Source: Hanamia sp.
GTDB taxonomy: Bacteria > Bacteroidota > Bacteroidia > Chitinophagales > Chitinophagaceae
DNA: 64,000 nucleotides
Assembly: GCA_035765495.1 (NCBI GenBank)
Contig: DASTXM010000018.1
Coordinates: forward strand, 910 to 64,909
Reading direction: 5' to 3'
The translations under genes and the position numbers were made by a program. The notes beneath the pieces were generated by a model. It saw nothing but the letters and a program-made list of their open reading frames with translations. It searched no databases and was not told the origin of the DNA. Every line of letters begins with the position of its first letter. The first letter of the stretch is position 1. This document shows positions 31,878 through 41,420 of the stretch, piece by piece.

Positions 31878-32714
31878 ATGCGTATCCTTGTCCCAACCGA
31901 TTTTTCTTCTACGGCTGAAAGAGCTTTTCGCCTGGCTGCTGAAATCGCTTCAAAAAGTAAAGGCTCGATCATTTTCCTTCATATAAATGAAAAGGAAGAT
32001 ATCCCTTATTTCCAAACACGGGAAGAAAGGCAGGAATACAAGCAGCAACTGGAATACAAACAATTGAAAAGGCTTCAGCGATTAAAGAGAAAAGTGGTGA
32101 AACCTTTTATGAACGTGTTCGTTTCCACAATTGTAATCAATCCACCAGTGGTAAATAAAATTTTGCAGGTCGCAAAAGAAAACCACATTGACCTGATCGT
32201 AATGGGCACACAGGGCGCTTCTGGTTTGAAGAAAACCATTGTTGGAAGCCGCGCATCCAGGGTACTTGAAAAATCAATTATTCCGGTCCTCGTCGTTCCT
32301 GAAAAGTATGATTTCAAAGATCCAAAGGAAATTGTCTTTGCAACAAATTATCACCGGAAGGACAAGCCAGCATTAGCATTTAGCATTTCTCTTTCCAAAC
32401 TTTTTAATGCACAGGTTACTGTTTTACATATTCAGCATCTTGACCTTGCCGAACGTGAAAATGCACATCTCTTTTCCAATTATGCTTATTTCCTGCAACG
32501 AACTTTCAATGATGCCAACCTCAAGTTTAAACAGATAAAAAGTAAGAATATCCAGCAAACACTGGAGCAAATTGATGAAGATTTTCCCGTGGATATTTTG
32601 GTAATGGTACGACGTGAAAAAAAATTCGTTGAAAAGATTTTTTTAAAAAGTTTCACGAAGAACATGGCCTGCATAACCACAATTCCTTTGCTGGTTTTGC
32701 CCGAATCAGAATAA
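31878..32714 (+). CDS. Universal stress protein (tandem USP)
   Basis: ILVPTDFS, DLIVMGTQGASG..GS, PVLVVP, PLLVLP. Confidence 0.92.
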   Translation: MRILVPTDFSSTAERAFRLAAEIASKSKGSIIFLHINEKEDIPYFQTREERQEYKQQLEYKQLKRLQRLKRKVVKPFMNVFVSTIVINPPVVNKILQVAKENHIDLIVMGTQGASGLKKTIVGSRASRVLEKSIIPVLVVPEKYDFKDPKEIVFATNYHRKDKPALAFSISLSKLFNAQVTVLHIQHLDLAERENAHLFSNYAYFLQRTFNDANLKFKQIKSKNIQQTLEQIDEDFPVDILVMVRREKKFVEKIFLKSFTKNMACITTIPLLVLPESE

Positions 32715-32741
32715 TTAAACCAAAGCTTGCAAAAGTGAAAA

Positions 32742-33758
32742 ATGACATCGTTATTAATAACTATACCGGGATTTGTTGCCTGCGCGACATTAATTGTTTA
32801 CAGTGGCGCGAAGTTATCCAAATACAGCGACATTATAACTTCATTGACAGGCGTAGGCAAGGCATGGTTTGGTTTAATATTTATGGCGACGGTCACTTCG
32901 CTGCCTGAACTTTTTACAGGGGTCAGTTCTATTCTCATTTTTAATGTTCCCAATATTGCCATCGGCGATATAATGGGAAGTTGTGCCTTTAACCTCTTGA
33001 TCCTTGCATTTTTAGACTATTTTGTTCCTAACAAACCATTAAGTTCAATGGTTACCAAAAATCATGTTCTGTCGGCTTTTTTTTCGATTTTTTTAATGAC
33101 GAACGTCATCATTTCGATCATATTCGAAAGTTACATTCCAGGTCCTGCCGGAATTAGTGGCGTTTCCCTTTTCAACCTGCTGGTTTACTTTATAGCAATT
33201 CGTTTGATTTTTAAAAACGAAAATCGTCTGAAGACAACTGCAGTTACAGAAACAATTCAGTCAACACCTTTAAAGAATTCGGGAATGACATTAAAGCAGG
33301 CAATATTCCGCTATTTATTTTTCGCCTTGCTCGTTATTGTGGGCGCATTATTGCTGCCCTATTTCGCTTCAGGACTTGCAGGGGAAACAGGAATCAGCAA
33401 GACATTCATAGGAACTTTATTAGTTGCAGCCACTACTTCCCTTCCTGAACTCGCGGTTTCTATTGCTTCAGTAAGAATGGGAAGCATCGATACTGCAATG
33501 GGCAATCTTCTTGGAAGCAATATTTTTAATATCGTTATTCTTTCGATAGATGATTTCCTTTACACAAAAGGGCCACTCTTGTCCGAAACCGGTAAGGAAC
33601 ATGCTTTAAGCGGATTGGTCTCCCTTCTAATGACCTCCGTTATTGGAATAAGTATTTTATACAGTGCACAAACAAAAAGATTTGTACTCGCGATTGATGC
33701 AATTATCCTGATCGCACTCTACACAGTTTTAATGATTGCAATATTTAGAATCTCTTAA
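32742..33758 (+). CDS. Sodium:calcium antiporter (CaCA, YrbG-like)
   Basis: Two alpha repeats ATVTSLPE / ATTSLPE and GSCAFN / GSNIFN. Confidence 0.9.
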   Translation: MTSLLITIPGFVACATLIVYSGAKLSKYSDIITSLTGVGKAWFGLIFMATVTSLPELFTGVSSILIFNVPNIAIGDIMGSCAFNLLILAFLDYFVPNKPLSSMVTKNHVLSAFFSIFLMTNVIISIIFESYIPGPAGISGVSLFNLLVYFIAIRLIFKNENRLKTTAVTETIQSTPLKNSGMTLKQAIFRYLFFALLVIVGALLLPYFASGLAGETGISKTFIGTLLVAATTSLPELAVSIASVRMGSIDTAMGNLLGSNIFNIVILSIDDFLYTKGPLLSETGKEHALSGLVSLLMTSVIGISILYSAQTKRFVLAIDAIILIALYTVLMIAIFRIS

Positions 33759-33763
33759 TTACT

Positions 33764-36337
33764 ATGAATTGGTACAGGTTAACCATATCAAATGTTTTTG
33801 AACTTTTGGGTTCCCGGCCTGAAGGTCTTTCATCAGCAATGGCTGAAGAAAGATTGATAGAAACCGGGCCAAACGTGTTGGAAGAAGGAAAGAAAAAATC
33901 CATAAGTGGCATTCTGATAGCGCAGTTTAAAGATGTAATGATCTTAATACTTTTTGCCGCTGCAATCATTTCAGGTTTTATCGGCGACCTTACTGATACA
34001 ATAGTCATTTTAGTCATCGTTGTTATTAACGGGATTATTGGATTTATACAGGAATACAGGGCTGAAAAAGCAATGCTGGCATTAAAAAAAATGGCTGTGG
34101 CCGATGCAAAAGTATTTCGCGATGAAAAGCTGACCTGGTTGCCTTCAACCGACCTTGTACCCGGTGATGTAATTATCCTTGAAGCCGGAAATTCAGTACC
34201 TGCCGATATGCGCATCATTGAATCATTCAACCTCAAAATTGATGAGGCTGCTCTTACAGGGGAATCGAACCCTGTTGATAAAATCACTGCTGAAATAAAC
34301 ACAGAGGATGTTGCTATCGGCGATAGAAAAAACATTGCCTACAAAGGAACATTTGTAACCTATGGCCGCGGAAAAGGTGTGATAGCTGAAACAGGCATGA
34401 ACACTGAACTGGGAAGGATTGCAAGAATGTTGCAGCAGCACGAAGTACTTACCCCTTTACAACAACGGATGGCTGAATTTGGCAAAAAACTTTCTTTACT
34501 GGTATTGCTGCTGTGCGTTTTGTTTTTTGTATCGGGATGGTTGCGTGGTGAAGAACTAATTAAGATGGCACTCACAAGTATTTCACTTGCGGTGGCAGCA
34601 ATTCCCGAAGCATTGCCGGCAGTTATTACCATTACTTTAGCGCTTGCCGCAAAAAGAATGATCCGCTTCAATTGTTTGATCAGGAAATTACCTGCTGTAG
34701 AAACGCTGGGTTCTGTCAGCTACATCTGTACTGATAAGACAGGCACATTAACCAAAAACAAAATGTTTGTTGAGGAAATTTTTGTGAACGGGCAATTATA
34801 CACAAGCGGTGAGCTGAAAAATATTATTTCTGATGAAAATGTTTCGTTGTTGTTGCATGCATTTGCTTTGAACAATGATGTTATGCCGGATGGAAATTCT
34901 TTTAAAGGTGATCCGACAGAAATTGCACTGTTGGAAGCTGCAGGAGCTGAAAACATTCATCCTGCTTCATGGCCAAGGCTGCATGAAATTGCCTTTGATT
35001 CTGACAGGAAACTGATGACCACTTTTCATCCTTACAAAGAAAAATTCATTTCATTTACCAAGGGGGCTCCCGATATTTTACTGGAAAAATGTGAAAACAC
35101 AGATACTAAATTGAATCAGCAGGTAGATGAAATGGCTGCAAAAGGTTTGCGCGTCCTGGGTTTTGGCTATCGCACATGGAACAAATTACCGGAGGTGGAA
35201 GATGATGAACTGGATGAAAATGAATTGCAATTTCTGGGACTTGCAGGAATGATCGATCCACCAAGAAAAGAAGTTTTTGATTCTATTGCTGAATGCAAAA
35301 CTGCGGGTATTGTTCCTGTTATGATTACAGGCGATCATCCTTTAACAGCAAAGACCATTGCACAACGAATAGGAATTTTAGCCGGAGAAAAAGATTTGGT
35401 AATAACGGGCAAAGAATTAGCAGGTCTGGATGAACAAACTTTTTTGGATAAGGTTGAAAGGATAAAAGTGTATGCGCGCGTTTCTCCTGAACAAAAACTG
35501 GATATTGTAAAAACACTTCAGGATAAGGGGCATTTCGTTGCAATGACCGGTGACGGTGTAAATGATGCGCCTTCACTCAAACGCGCAAACATTGGAATTG
35601 CAATGGGCATAACAGGAACGGATGTTTCCAAGGAAGCGGCAGACATGATCCTGCTTGATGATAATTTTGCTACTATCGTAAAAGCAGTAAGGGAAGGAAG
35701 AAGGATTTACGATAACATCTTAAAATTTTTAAGTTACCTGATGACTACCAATTCAGGTGAATTATGGACTTTATTGCTCGGGCCCATCATTGGATTACCA
35801 ATTTCTTTGCTCCCTATTCATATTTTATGGATGAACCTCGTTACTGATGGTTTGCCTGCCATTACCTTATCTTTTGAAAAAGCAGAAAAAAACATAATGA
35901 ACCGCCCCGCAAGATCGCCACAGGAAAGTGTTTTTGCAAACGGGAGAGGACTAAAGATGATTTGGGTGGGCATCCTCATGGCAGGTATTGCATTAGCAGC
36001 CCAAAGTTTTGCCATACGGAAAGGCTTGCATTGGCAAACAATTGTTTTCAATTTGCTTTGCATAAGCCAGATGGCCAACTTACTTTCTATCCGTTCGGAA
36101 AATCAATCGCTTTTCAAAATTGGTTTATTGAGCAACAAACCTTTATTGGGCGCTGTTCTTCTGACTTTGGCGCTTCAATTGACTGTAACCTATATTCCGG
36201 CCCTTCATCCAATATTCAAAACCCAATCATTAACTTTTCCTGAATTCCTGGGTGTTGGTGCTGCTGCTTCAATTATATTTTTTGCAGTGGAGTTAGAAAA
36301 ACTAATAACTGCAAAAAGATTGAAAGCAGCTTTATAA
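33764..36337 (+). CDS. Cation-transporting P-type ATPase (P2A, Ca2+-type)
   Basis: TGES, PEAL, DKTGT, TGD, GDGVND, NLVTDG. Confidence 0.93.
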   Translation: MNWYRLTISNVFELLGSRPEGLSSAMAEERLIETGPNVLEEGKKKSISGILIAQFKDVMILILFAAAIISGFIGDLTDTIVILVIVVINGIIGFIQEYRAEKAMLALKKMAVADAKVFRDEKLTWLPSTDLVPGDVIILEAGNSVPADMRIIESFNLKIDEAALTGESNPVDKITAEINTEDVAIGDRKNIAYKGTFVTYGRGKGVIAETGMNTELGRIARMLQQHEVLTPLQQRMAEFGKKLSLLVLLLCVLFFVSGWLRGEELIKMALTSISLAVAAIPEALPAVITITLALAAKRMIRFNCLIRKLPAVETLGSVSYICTDKTGTLTKNKMFVEEIFVNGQLYTSGELKNIISDENVSLLLHAFALNNDVMPDGNSFKGDPTEIALLEAAGAENIHPASWPRLHEIAFDSDRKLMTTFHPYKEKFISFTKGAPDILLEKCENTDTKLNQQVDEMAAKGLRVLGFGYRTWNKLPEVEDDELDENELQFLGLAGMIDPPRKEVFDSIAECKTAGIVPVMITGDHPLTAKTIAQRIGILAGEKDLVITGKELAGLDEQTFLDKVERIKVYARVSPEQKLDIVKTLQDKGHFVAMTGDGVNDAPSLKRANIGIAMGITGTDVSKEAADMILLDDNFATIVKAVREGRRIYDNILKFLSYLMTTNSGELWTLLLGPIIGLPISLLPIHILWMNLVTDGLPAITLSFEKAEKNIMNRPARSPQESVFANGRGLKMIWVGILMAGIALAAQSFAIRKGLHWQTIVFNLLCISQMANLLSIRSENQSLFKIGLLSNKPLLGAVLLTLALQLTVTYIPALHPIFKTQSLTFPEFLGVGAAASIIFFAVELEKLITAKRLKAAL

Positions 36338-36480
36338 TTTATAAGATGGATAATCTCCGTCACAATATTTAATTCAAAAGATTCTGGGTATTGAGAAGAA
36401 TGATCAAGAAAAGACCGTTGAAGTAAATATTAGTTGCCAGTAAACAAACAAATTTCAAAAAGTATTATTCTATCCTGCGC

Positions 36481-36545
36481 TGATTACCGTCATCAAAATC
36501 CATGAAAGCAGGCATTTGCTACATTTAACTGTTTGCGTTCCTTTG
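36481..36545 (+). promoter_or_regulatory. Tandem CRP/FNR-type box promoter of BON gene
   Basis: TGATTACCGTCA (36481) and degenerate TGAAAGCAGGCA (36503); 23 nt gap; TTCCTTTG. Confidence 0.65.
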
Positions 36546-36580
36546 AAAAAAATTTCCATAAAAACTTTAAACTTACAGTT

Positions 36581-37255
36581 ATGAAAACAGATGCTCAAAT
36601 TCAAAAAGATGTGCTGGACCAGTTAAAAGGAGAACCATTTCTGGATGCTTCAGAAATTGGAGTAGCTGTCAAAAATGGCATCGTAACGCTTTCAGGAATT
36701 GTTGATTCTTATTCCAAGAAAATCGTTGCGGAAAAAGTAGCGAAAAAGATTGCGGGTGTGAGAGCACTTGCTGTTGAGATCCAGGTGGGCCTTTCACCCA
36801 ATTACCGGAAAACTGATACGGAAATTGCCGAAGGAGTTGCTAATGCCTTAAGATGGCACACGATGATCCCGGATCAGAAAATTTCAATAAGTGTCGAAAA
36901 CGGAAGTGTAAAAATGGAAGGAGAAGTAGATTGGGATTACCAACGTCGCCAGGCTTCAAAAGCTATCCAGGACTTAGTTGGCGTGCGCTCAGTTACCAAC
37001 CTTATCAAAGTGAAAGACAAGTTAACAACCCTGGATATTCAAAAAGCCATCAGCGATTCTTTTCGCAGAAGTGCAACAATTGATTCAGACAAAATAAAAG
37101 TAGAGGTGATGGGAAGCCGTGTAACGCTTACAGGAAATGTTCGCTCCTTGCCTGAAAAAGAAGATGCAGAAAACGCAGCGTGGTTTGCCAAAGGCGTCAC
37201 AAGTGTTGACAACAAGCTGACCATAGAGGAGCCGGAATATTCTTTTCAAGAATAA
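36581..37255 (+). CDS. BON domain protein (three BON repeats, OsmY-like)
   Basis: [36 protein letters not shown]; start reassigned to ATG 36581. Confidence 0.9.
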   Translation: MKTDAQIQKDVLDQLKGEPFLDASEIGVAVKNGIVTLSGIVDSYSKKIVAEKVAKKIAGVRALAVEIQVGLSPNYRKTDTEIAEGVANALRWHTMIPDQKISISVENGSVKMEGEVDWDYQRRQASKAIQDLVGVRSVTNLIKVKDKLTTLDIQKAISDSFRRSATIDSDKIKVEVMGSRVTLTGNVRSLPEKEDAENAAWFAKGVTSVDNKLTIEEPEYSFQE

Positions 37256-37415
37256 GGCTGAAAAATAGATCGGGATTTTTTATTAAAAAAATTGAGGTTT
37301 GTTCTCCACAATTCTTCCATTAACTTTTTCATCAGAAAAAAGATGCTCATCCTGGGCTCAATTCTGAATGAGGGCACAGTTTTTGACATATATTCCAACC
37401 TCCCATTATGCAAAT

Positions 37416-37462
37416 ACTGATAATTATCAGTAAAAATCATAAAAGAGGAAAATGTAACTTTA
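37416..37462 (+). promoter_or_regulatory. CRP/FNR-type box promoter of Hsp20
   Basis: Perfect palindrome ACTGATAATTATCAGT; TAACTTTA 25 nt downstream of the core. Confidence 0.7.
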
Positions 37463-37479
37463 ATAAAAAATTACCGGTC

Positions 37480-37926
37480 ATGAAACAGTCAATAAATAGA
37501 AAAGCGGACTGTTCCATTTACCCCGGTGAATATGTACCTTTTTTAAATGAAAAAGAAGTAAAAGAAGCCATTAACCGTATCGACAAAAGAGACATCATTC
37601 AACCTGCGGTGAACATTACGGAACAAACCCAATCTTACAAAATTGAAGTAGTCATTCCAGGCGTGGAAAGAGATGAATTATTAATGTATGTAAACGGCAA
37701 CATTTTGTCAATCTGCGCTGTAAACAGTGAAAAACTAAATTCATCTTTAAGGAAACAGCAGGTGCAGGAATTCAGTTATAAATGGTTTGACAGGCACATT
37801 CTGATGCCCGAAGATGCAGACACCACATTTATCAGCGCTGAATACAGATCAGGAATTGTGGTGCTTCACATTCCAAAAAGCAAAAAGCCGGTTATCAATC
37901 CTCACACCCGGATTATTGTTTACTGA
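37480..37926 (+). CDS. Hsp20/alpha-crystallin family protein
   Basis: PAVNI.E....YKIEVVIPG, AEYRSGIVVLHIPK; start reassigned to MKQS. Confidence 0.88.
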   Translation: MKQSINRKADCSIYPGEYVPFLNEKEVKEAINRIDKRDIIQPAVNITEQTQSYKIEVVIPGVERDELLMYVNGNILSICAVNSEKLNSSLRKQQVQEFSYKWFDRHILMPEDADTTFISAEYRSGIVVLHIPKSKKPVINPHTRIIVY

Positions 37927-40426
37927 ACTTTCGGTAAATCATTCTTTTTAATATTTCGGCAGTAAACAAATAAATTATTACAATTCCTGTAATATAGAAT
38001 ATTACTTTGCGCGGCATTGTATCAAATCCAATCAAACCAGCTAAAGGAAGCCACGGCAAAAGCCATCCTGCTGCAAGACAAATAAGCGCACCAATAAATA
38101 ATTGTCGCGAGGGTTTACTTTGAACAAAAGGTATATGCCAGGTGCGAATCACAAAGATGACGAGGATCTGCGTAGCCAAAGATTCCATGAACCATCCCGT
38201 TCTGAATTGCTGCTGGGTAACATTAAAATATTTGTATAACAAATAAAAAGTGATAAGATCAAAAACGGAACTTGTTAATCCAAAAACGATCATATAACTA
38301 TAGATCATTTTGATTCTCCAACGCTGAGGTTTTTGAATATAACTTTCATCAACATTATCTGAAGGAAGGGTGATCTGCGAAGTATCGTACAAAAAATTAT
38401 TAATTAGTATCTGCACCGGCAACATAGGCAAAAAAGGAAGAAAGATCGCAGCAACCGAAACGAAAAACATGTTCCCGAAATTTGAGCTCAAATCCATAAG
38501 GATGTATTTCATAGTATTGCCAAAAGTTTTTCGGCCTTCGAGAATTCCTTCTTTCAACACCATCAAATCTTTTCTTGTAAGAATGATATCAGCTGCATCT
38601 TTGGTAACATCCGTTGCGCCATTAACAGAAATGCCAATGTCAGCAGTTTTTAATGACGGTGCATCGTTTATTCCATCTCCCATATATCCAACAGTCCAGC
38701 GATAGGCTTTTAATGCCTGGATCACCCTGTTCTTTTGTTCCGGAGAAAATCGAGTAAATATTGTTGTATTTCTTACCCTTTGACGCAATGCATCAGAAGA
38801 AAGAGAAGCCATTTCATAACCATGCAAAATTCCTTTTACCGGCAAACCAATTTCTTTACAGACCTTTTGTGTAACAAAATGATTATCGCCTGTGATGATC
38901 TTAACTTCAACTCCAATCTTTTTCAATGCATCAATCACTTTTCCCGCATCTCGTTTTGGAGGATCAAGGAAAGCAATGAAACCTTGCAAAGCCAGTTCGC
39001 TTTCGTCGCTTTTTGAAAAAACGTGACGGGCAGTTGTTTCTTTGGTAGCCACTGCCAATACACGAAACCCATCCTTGCTTAATTCCTGGTATTGAAGGTC
39101 GACGGTTTTTTGATCGCCTTCATTTAACTGGCAAACTTTAAAAATATCTTCCGGCGCGCCCTTACAAATCAAAATATTTTTATCGCCGAAACTAACAACT
39201 ACACTCATTCTCCGTCGTGTAAAATCAAAAGGTATCTCATCTCTTTTTTCATATCCGTTGATATCAACCTTTCGAAAAGAAAGCACCGCTGCGTCCAATG
39301 GATTTTCAATTCCTGTTTGATAAAAACTATTCAGGTAGGCCAGCAATAAAACCTTATCAGAATCTTTTCCTTCCCTGTCAACATATTTTACAAGATGAAT
39401 AATATTTTGGGTGATCGTTCCGGTTTTGTCCGTGCACAATACTTGCATGCTTCCAAAATCAGGGATGGCAGATAATCTTTTCACGATCACACCTTTTTGT
39501 GCCATGTGTGAAGAGCCTTTTGACATGGTCACAGCCATGATCACAGGAAGCAGTTCGGGCGTTAAACCAACCGCTACTGCCAATGAAAACATGAGAGATT
39601 CGAAAAGATCACGCTTTAAAACGGCATTAATAAGGAAAATAAATAAGACAAGAATGATGGTAACCTTCATGATGAGATAACCAAAATTTCTTACACCTTT
39701 ACTAAATTCATTTTCTTCTTCTGGTTCTGAAAGATGTTTGGCAATCCGGCCTAACTCTGTCTCCTTCCCTGTTTTTATAACAATACCTTTGGCTGTTCCG
39801 CTTACCACACTGGAACCCATGAAGCAAATATTTGTGAGGTCAACCAGTTCAGTTTTGTCTTCGGAAACGGGGATACCATTCTTTTCACAAGGAAACGATT
39901 CGCCGGTAAGGGAAGATTGGTTGACAAAAAAATCTTTTGCAAAAAGAATTCTTACATCCGCAGGAACGATCTTTCCTGCACTTAGTAAAACAATATCTCC
40001 CGGGACAAGTGATTCATGAAAAACTTCTTTTTGCCTGTGCTCGCGGATGACTGTCACTTTGTTTTTGACACTCTCTTTTAGTCTTTCCGCCGCGTTTCTC
40101 GCATCCTGTTCCTGAAAAAAATCAATCGCAACACTTACCAGGATAATAAAAAGGACAATGGAAGCATTCACCGCCTGCCCGAGAGAATATGAAATCACCG
40201 TCGCCGAAATCAATATTAAGATCAGCGGGTCTTTGAAATGTCGCAGCAACTCGAGCACAGTATTTGTGCGCATTTCAGCACCAATAACATTTCTTCCAAA
40301 GTGATAAGCCCGCTTCGAGACCTCCCTGTTGGACAAACCCTGATCTGCATCACTCTCCAAATTTTTCACTACCAAATCCGGAGTAAGCAATGCCGAATAA
40401 CCATCAGCGAATCCGGTTTGTTCCAT
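37913..40426 (-). CDS. mgtA: Magnesium-translocating P-type ATPase (P3B)
   Basis: AVAVGLTPELLP, DKTGT, IPFDFTRRRMSV, SSNFGNM, NNFLYD, GWFMES. Confidence 0.9.
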   Translation of the reverse strand: MEQTGFADGYSALLTPDLVVKNLESDADQGLSNREVSKRAYHFGRNVIGAEMRTNTVLELLRHFKDPLILILISATVISYSLGQAVNASIVLFIILVSVAIDFFQEQDARNAAERLKESVKNKVTVIREHRQKEVFHESLVPGDIVLLSAGKIVPADVRILFAKDFFVNQSSLTGESFPCEKNGIPVSEDKTELVDLTNICFMGSSVVSGTAKGIVIKTGKETELGRIAKHLSEPEEENEFSKGVRNFGYLIMKVTIILVLFIFLINAVLKRDLFESLMFSLAVAVGLTPELLPVIMAVTMSKGSSHMAQKGVIVKRLSAIPDFGSMQVLCTDKTGTITQNIIHLVKYVDREGKDSDKVLLLAYLNSFYQTGIENPLDAAVLSFRKVDINGYEKRDEIPFDFTRRRMSVVVSFGDKNILICKGAPEDIFKVCQLNEGDQKTVDLQYQELSKDGFRVLAVATKETTARHVFSKSDESELALQGFIAFLDPPKRDAGKVIDALKKIGVEVKIITGDNHFVTQKVCKEIGLPVKGILHGYEMASLSSDALRQRVRNTTIFTRFSPEQKNRVIQALKAYRWTVGYMGDGINDAPSLKTADIGISVNGATDVTKDAADIILTRKDLMVLKEGILEGRKTFGNTMKYILMDLSSNFGNMFFVSVAAIFLPFLPMLPVQILINNFLYDTSQITLPSDNVDESYIQKPQRWRIKMIYSYMIVFGLTSSVFDLITFYLLYKYFNVTQQQFRTGWFMESLATQILVIFVIRTWHIPFVQSKPSRQLFIGALICLAAGWLLPWLPLAGLIGFDTMPRKVIFYITGIVIIYLFTAEILKRMIYRKFSKQ

Positions 40427-40483
40427 CTCAGATCAGAATAAAATTTTCAAAAAAGCAGGCAGACCAGTAGAAAAAAACATCAG

Positions 40484-40966
40484 TTAACTTTTATTGAACC
40501 GTTGAACTTCCTCCAGTTGATCTTGCTCGACTCTGGCAATTACATAATTATTTAGGCTTTCAAGATTTACCACCCAAATGTCGCGGCCTCCTTCCTGGAC
40601 CCTGAAAGTGCGGATAATTTTATGATCCGGATAAGCGCCCTGTACCATTTGAAGTACATTTTCCGGCAAATTAGATTCATAGCCAAAACTAACGTCATAT
40701 TTCAACACGCCGTTCTTCTTAAAAAGAGCGTTGTGGTCCATATCGTTTTCAATGAACCGTGCGAGGTAATCCTTGTCGTACTTGTACCAGCTCAGGTTGA
40801 ACGCATCCGGAAAAGTTCTGTCAAGAGCGGTGTTCACAATTGAAGGAACTTCAGTTGTTGAGGTAACAGTAATGGTTGGGAGTGTAATTACTGAATCTTC
40901 TTGTGCGAAAGATGGGTTCCCGCAAGCAAGCAGGAACGCCACTATTATAAAAATGCGCGTTTTCAT
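40484..40966 (-). CDS. Secreted hypothetical protein (PepSY/BLIP-like repeats)
   Basis: Signal peptide MKTRIF...SFA-Q; VP..V...FP...W and LPENV....YP repeats. Confidence 0.72.
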   Translation of the reverse strand: MKTRIFIIVAFLLACGNPSFAQEDSVITLPTITVTSTTEVPSIVNTALDRTFPDAFNLSWYKYDKDYLARFIENDMDHNALFKKNGVLKYDVSFGYESNLPENVLQMVQGAYPDHKIIRTFRVQEGGRDIWVVNLESLNNYVIARVEQDQLEEVQRFNKS

Positions 40967-41004
40967 AAAAAAAATTTTGATTAAAAGTAATTTGAGATAA
41001 TGCT

Positions 41005-41145
41005 CAAGGTAATTCCACTGACTACATATTATCAATGACGGTAGTCAATATTTCAAATGATTATTGTTCAGATATCATATCACTCACTGTCAGTTTTTTT
41101 ACTGACGAAAGTCATAGAAATAGAATAGGTAGCATATTATTTTTA
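41005..41145. promoter_or_regulatory. Divergent promoter region with four phased CRP/FNR-type sites
   Basis: TGACGGTAGTCA (41036), TGATTATTGTTC (41058), half-site GTCA in 41081-92, TGACGAAAGTCA (41103); -7-like boxes 23 nt out on each side (TTACCTTG minus, TATTTTTA plus). Confidence 0.75.
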
Positions 41146-41149
41146 CATC

Positions 41150-41205
41150 GGTTTTTCATAGGATATTGGATTAGAAACGGAGCTGGATGTCTATCCGGCT
41201 CTTTT
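41150..41205 (+). ncRNA. Putative ~56-nt small RNA, copy A
   Basis: GGTTTTTCATAGGATATTGGATTA plus GAGCTGGAT-GTCT-ATCCGGCTC terminator hairpin and T run; starts 4 nt after the -7 box. Confidence 0.72.
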
Positions 41206-41336
41206 GTTTTAAAAAAGTGACTACCTGATTTACATTAAAAAAAATAAACATGGAAACCGATGAATTGCAGGCGTGCAGTCTATTTGTTAAAGAAAATGAT
41301 TTTTGATAATTCAAAAAGGAACTTATATTTGCGGTA

Positions 41337-41395
41337 GGTTTTTCATAGGATATTGGATTAAAACGAGCTGGATGTCTATCCGGCTCTATTTTTTT
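41337..41395 (+). ncRNA. Putative ~58-nt small RNA, copy B
   Basis: First 24 nt and hairpin identical to copy A; preceded by TTTG (41302) and canonical TATATTTG (41324). Confidence 0.72.
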
Positions 41396-41420
41396 ACAAC
41401 GGAAAATTGTCAAAAAAAAA

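Noticed and set aside
33745-34335. 196-aa antisense ORF (and similar shadow ORFs over dnaK, his genes, mgtA and nifJ)
   Set aside because: Lies opposite well-conserved genes; typical antisense shadow frames
41112-41345. Antisense mini-ORFs starting at the ATGAAAA of the repeats (MKNRCKNNMLPILFL, MKNLPQI; MKRPV at 25485) as leader peptides
   Set aside because: Peptides differ in length and sequence, while promoter and terminator polarity support transcription of the opposite strand
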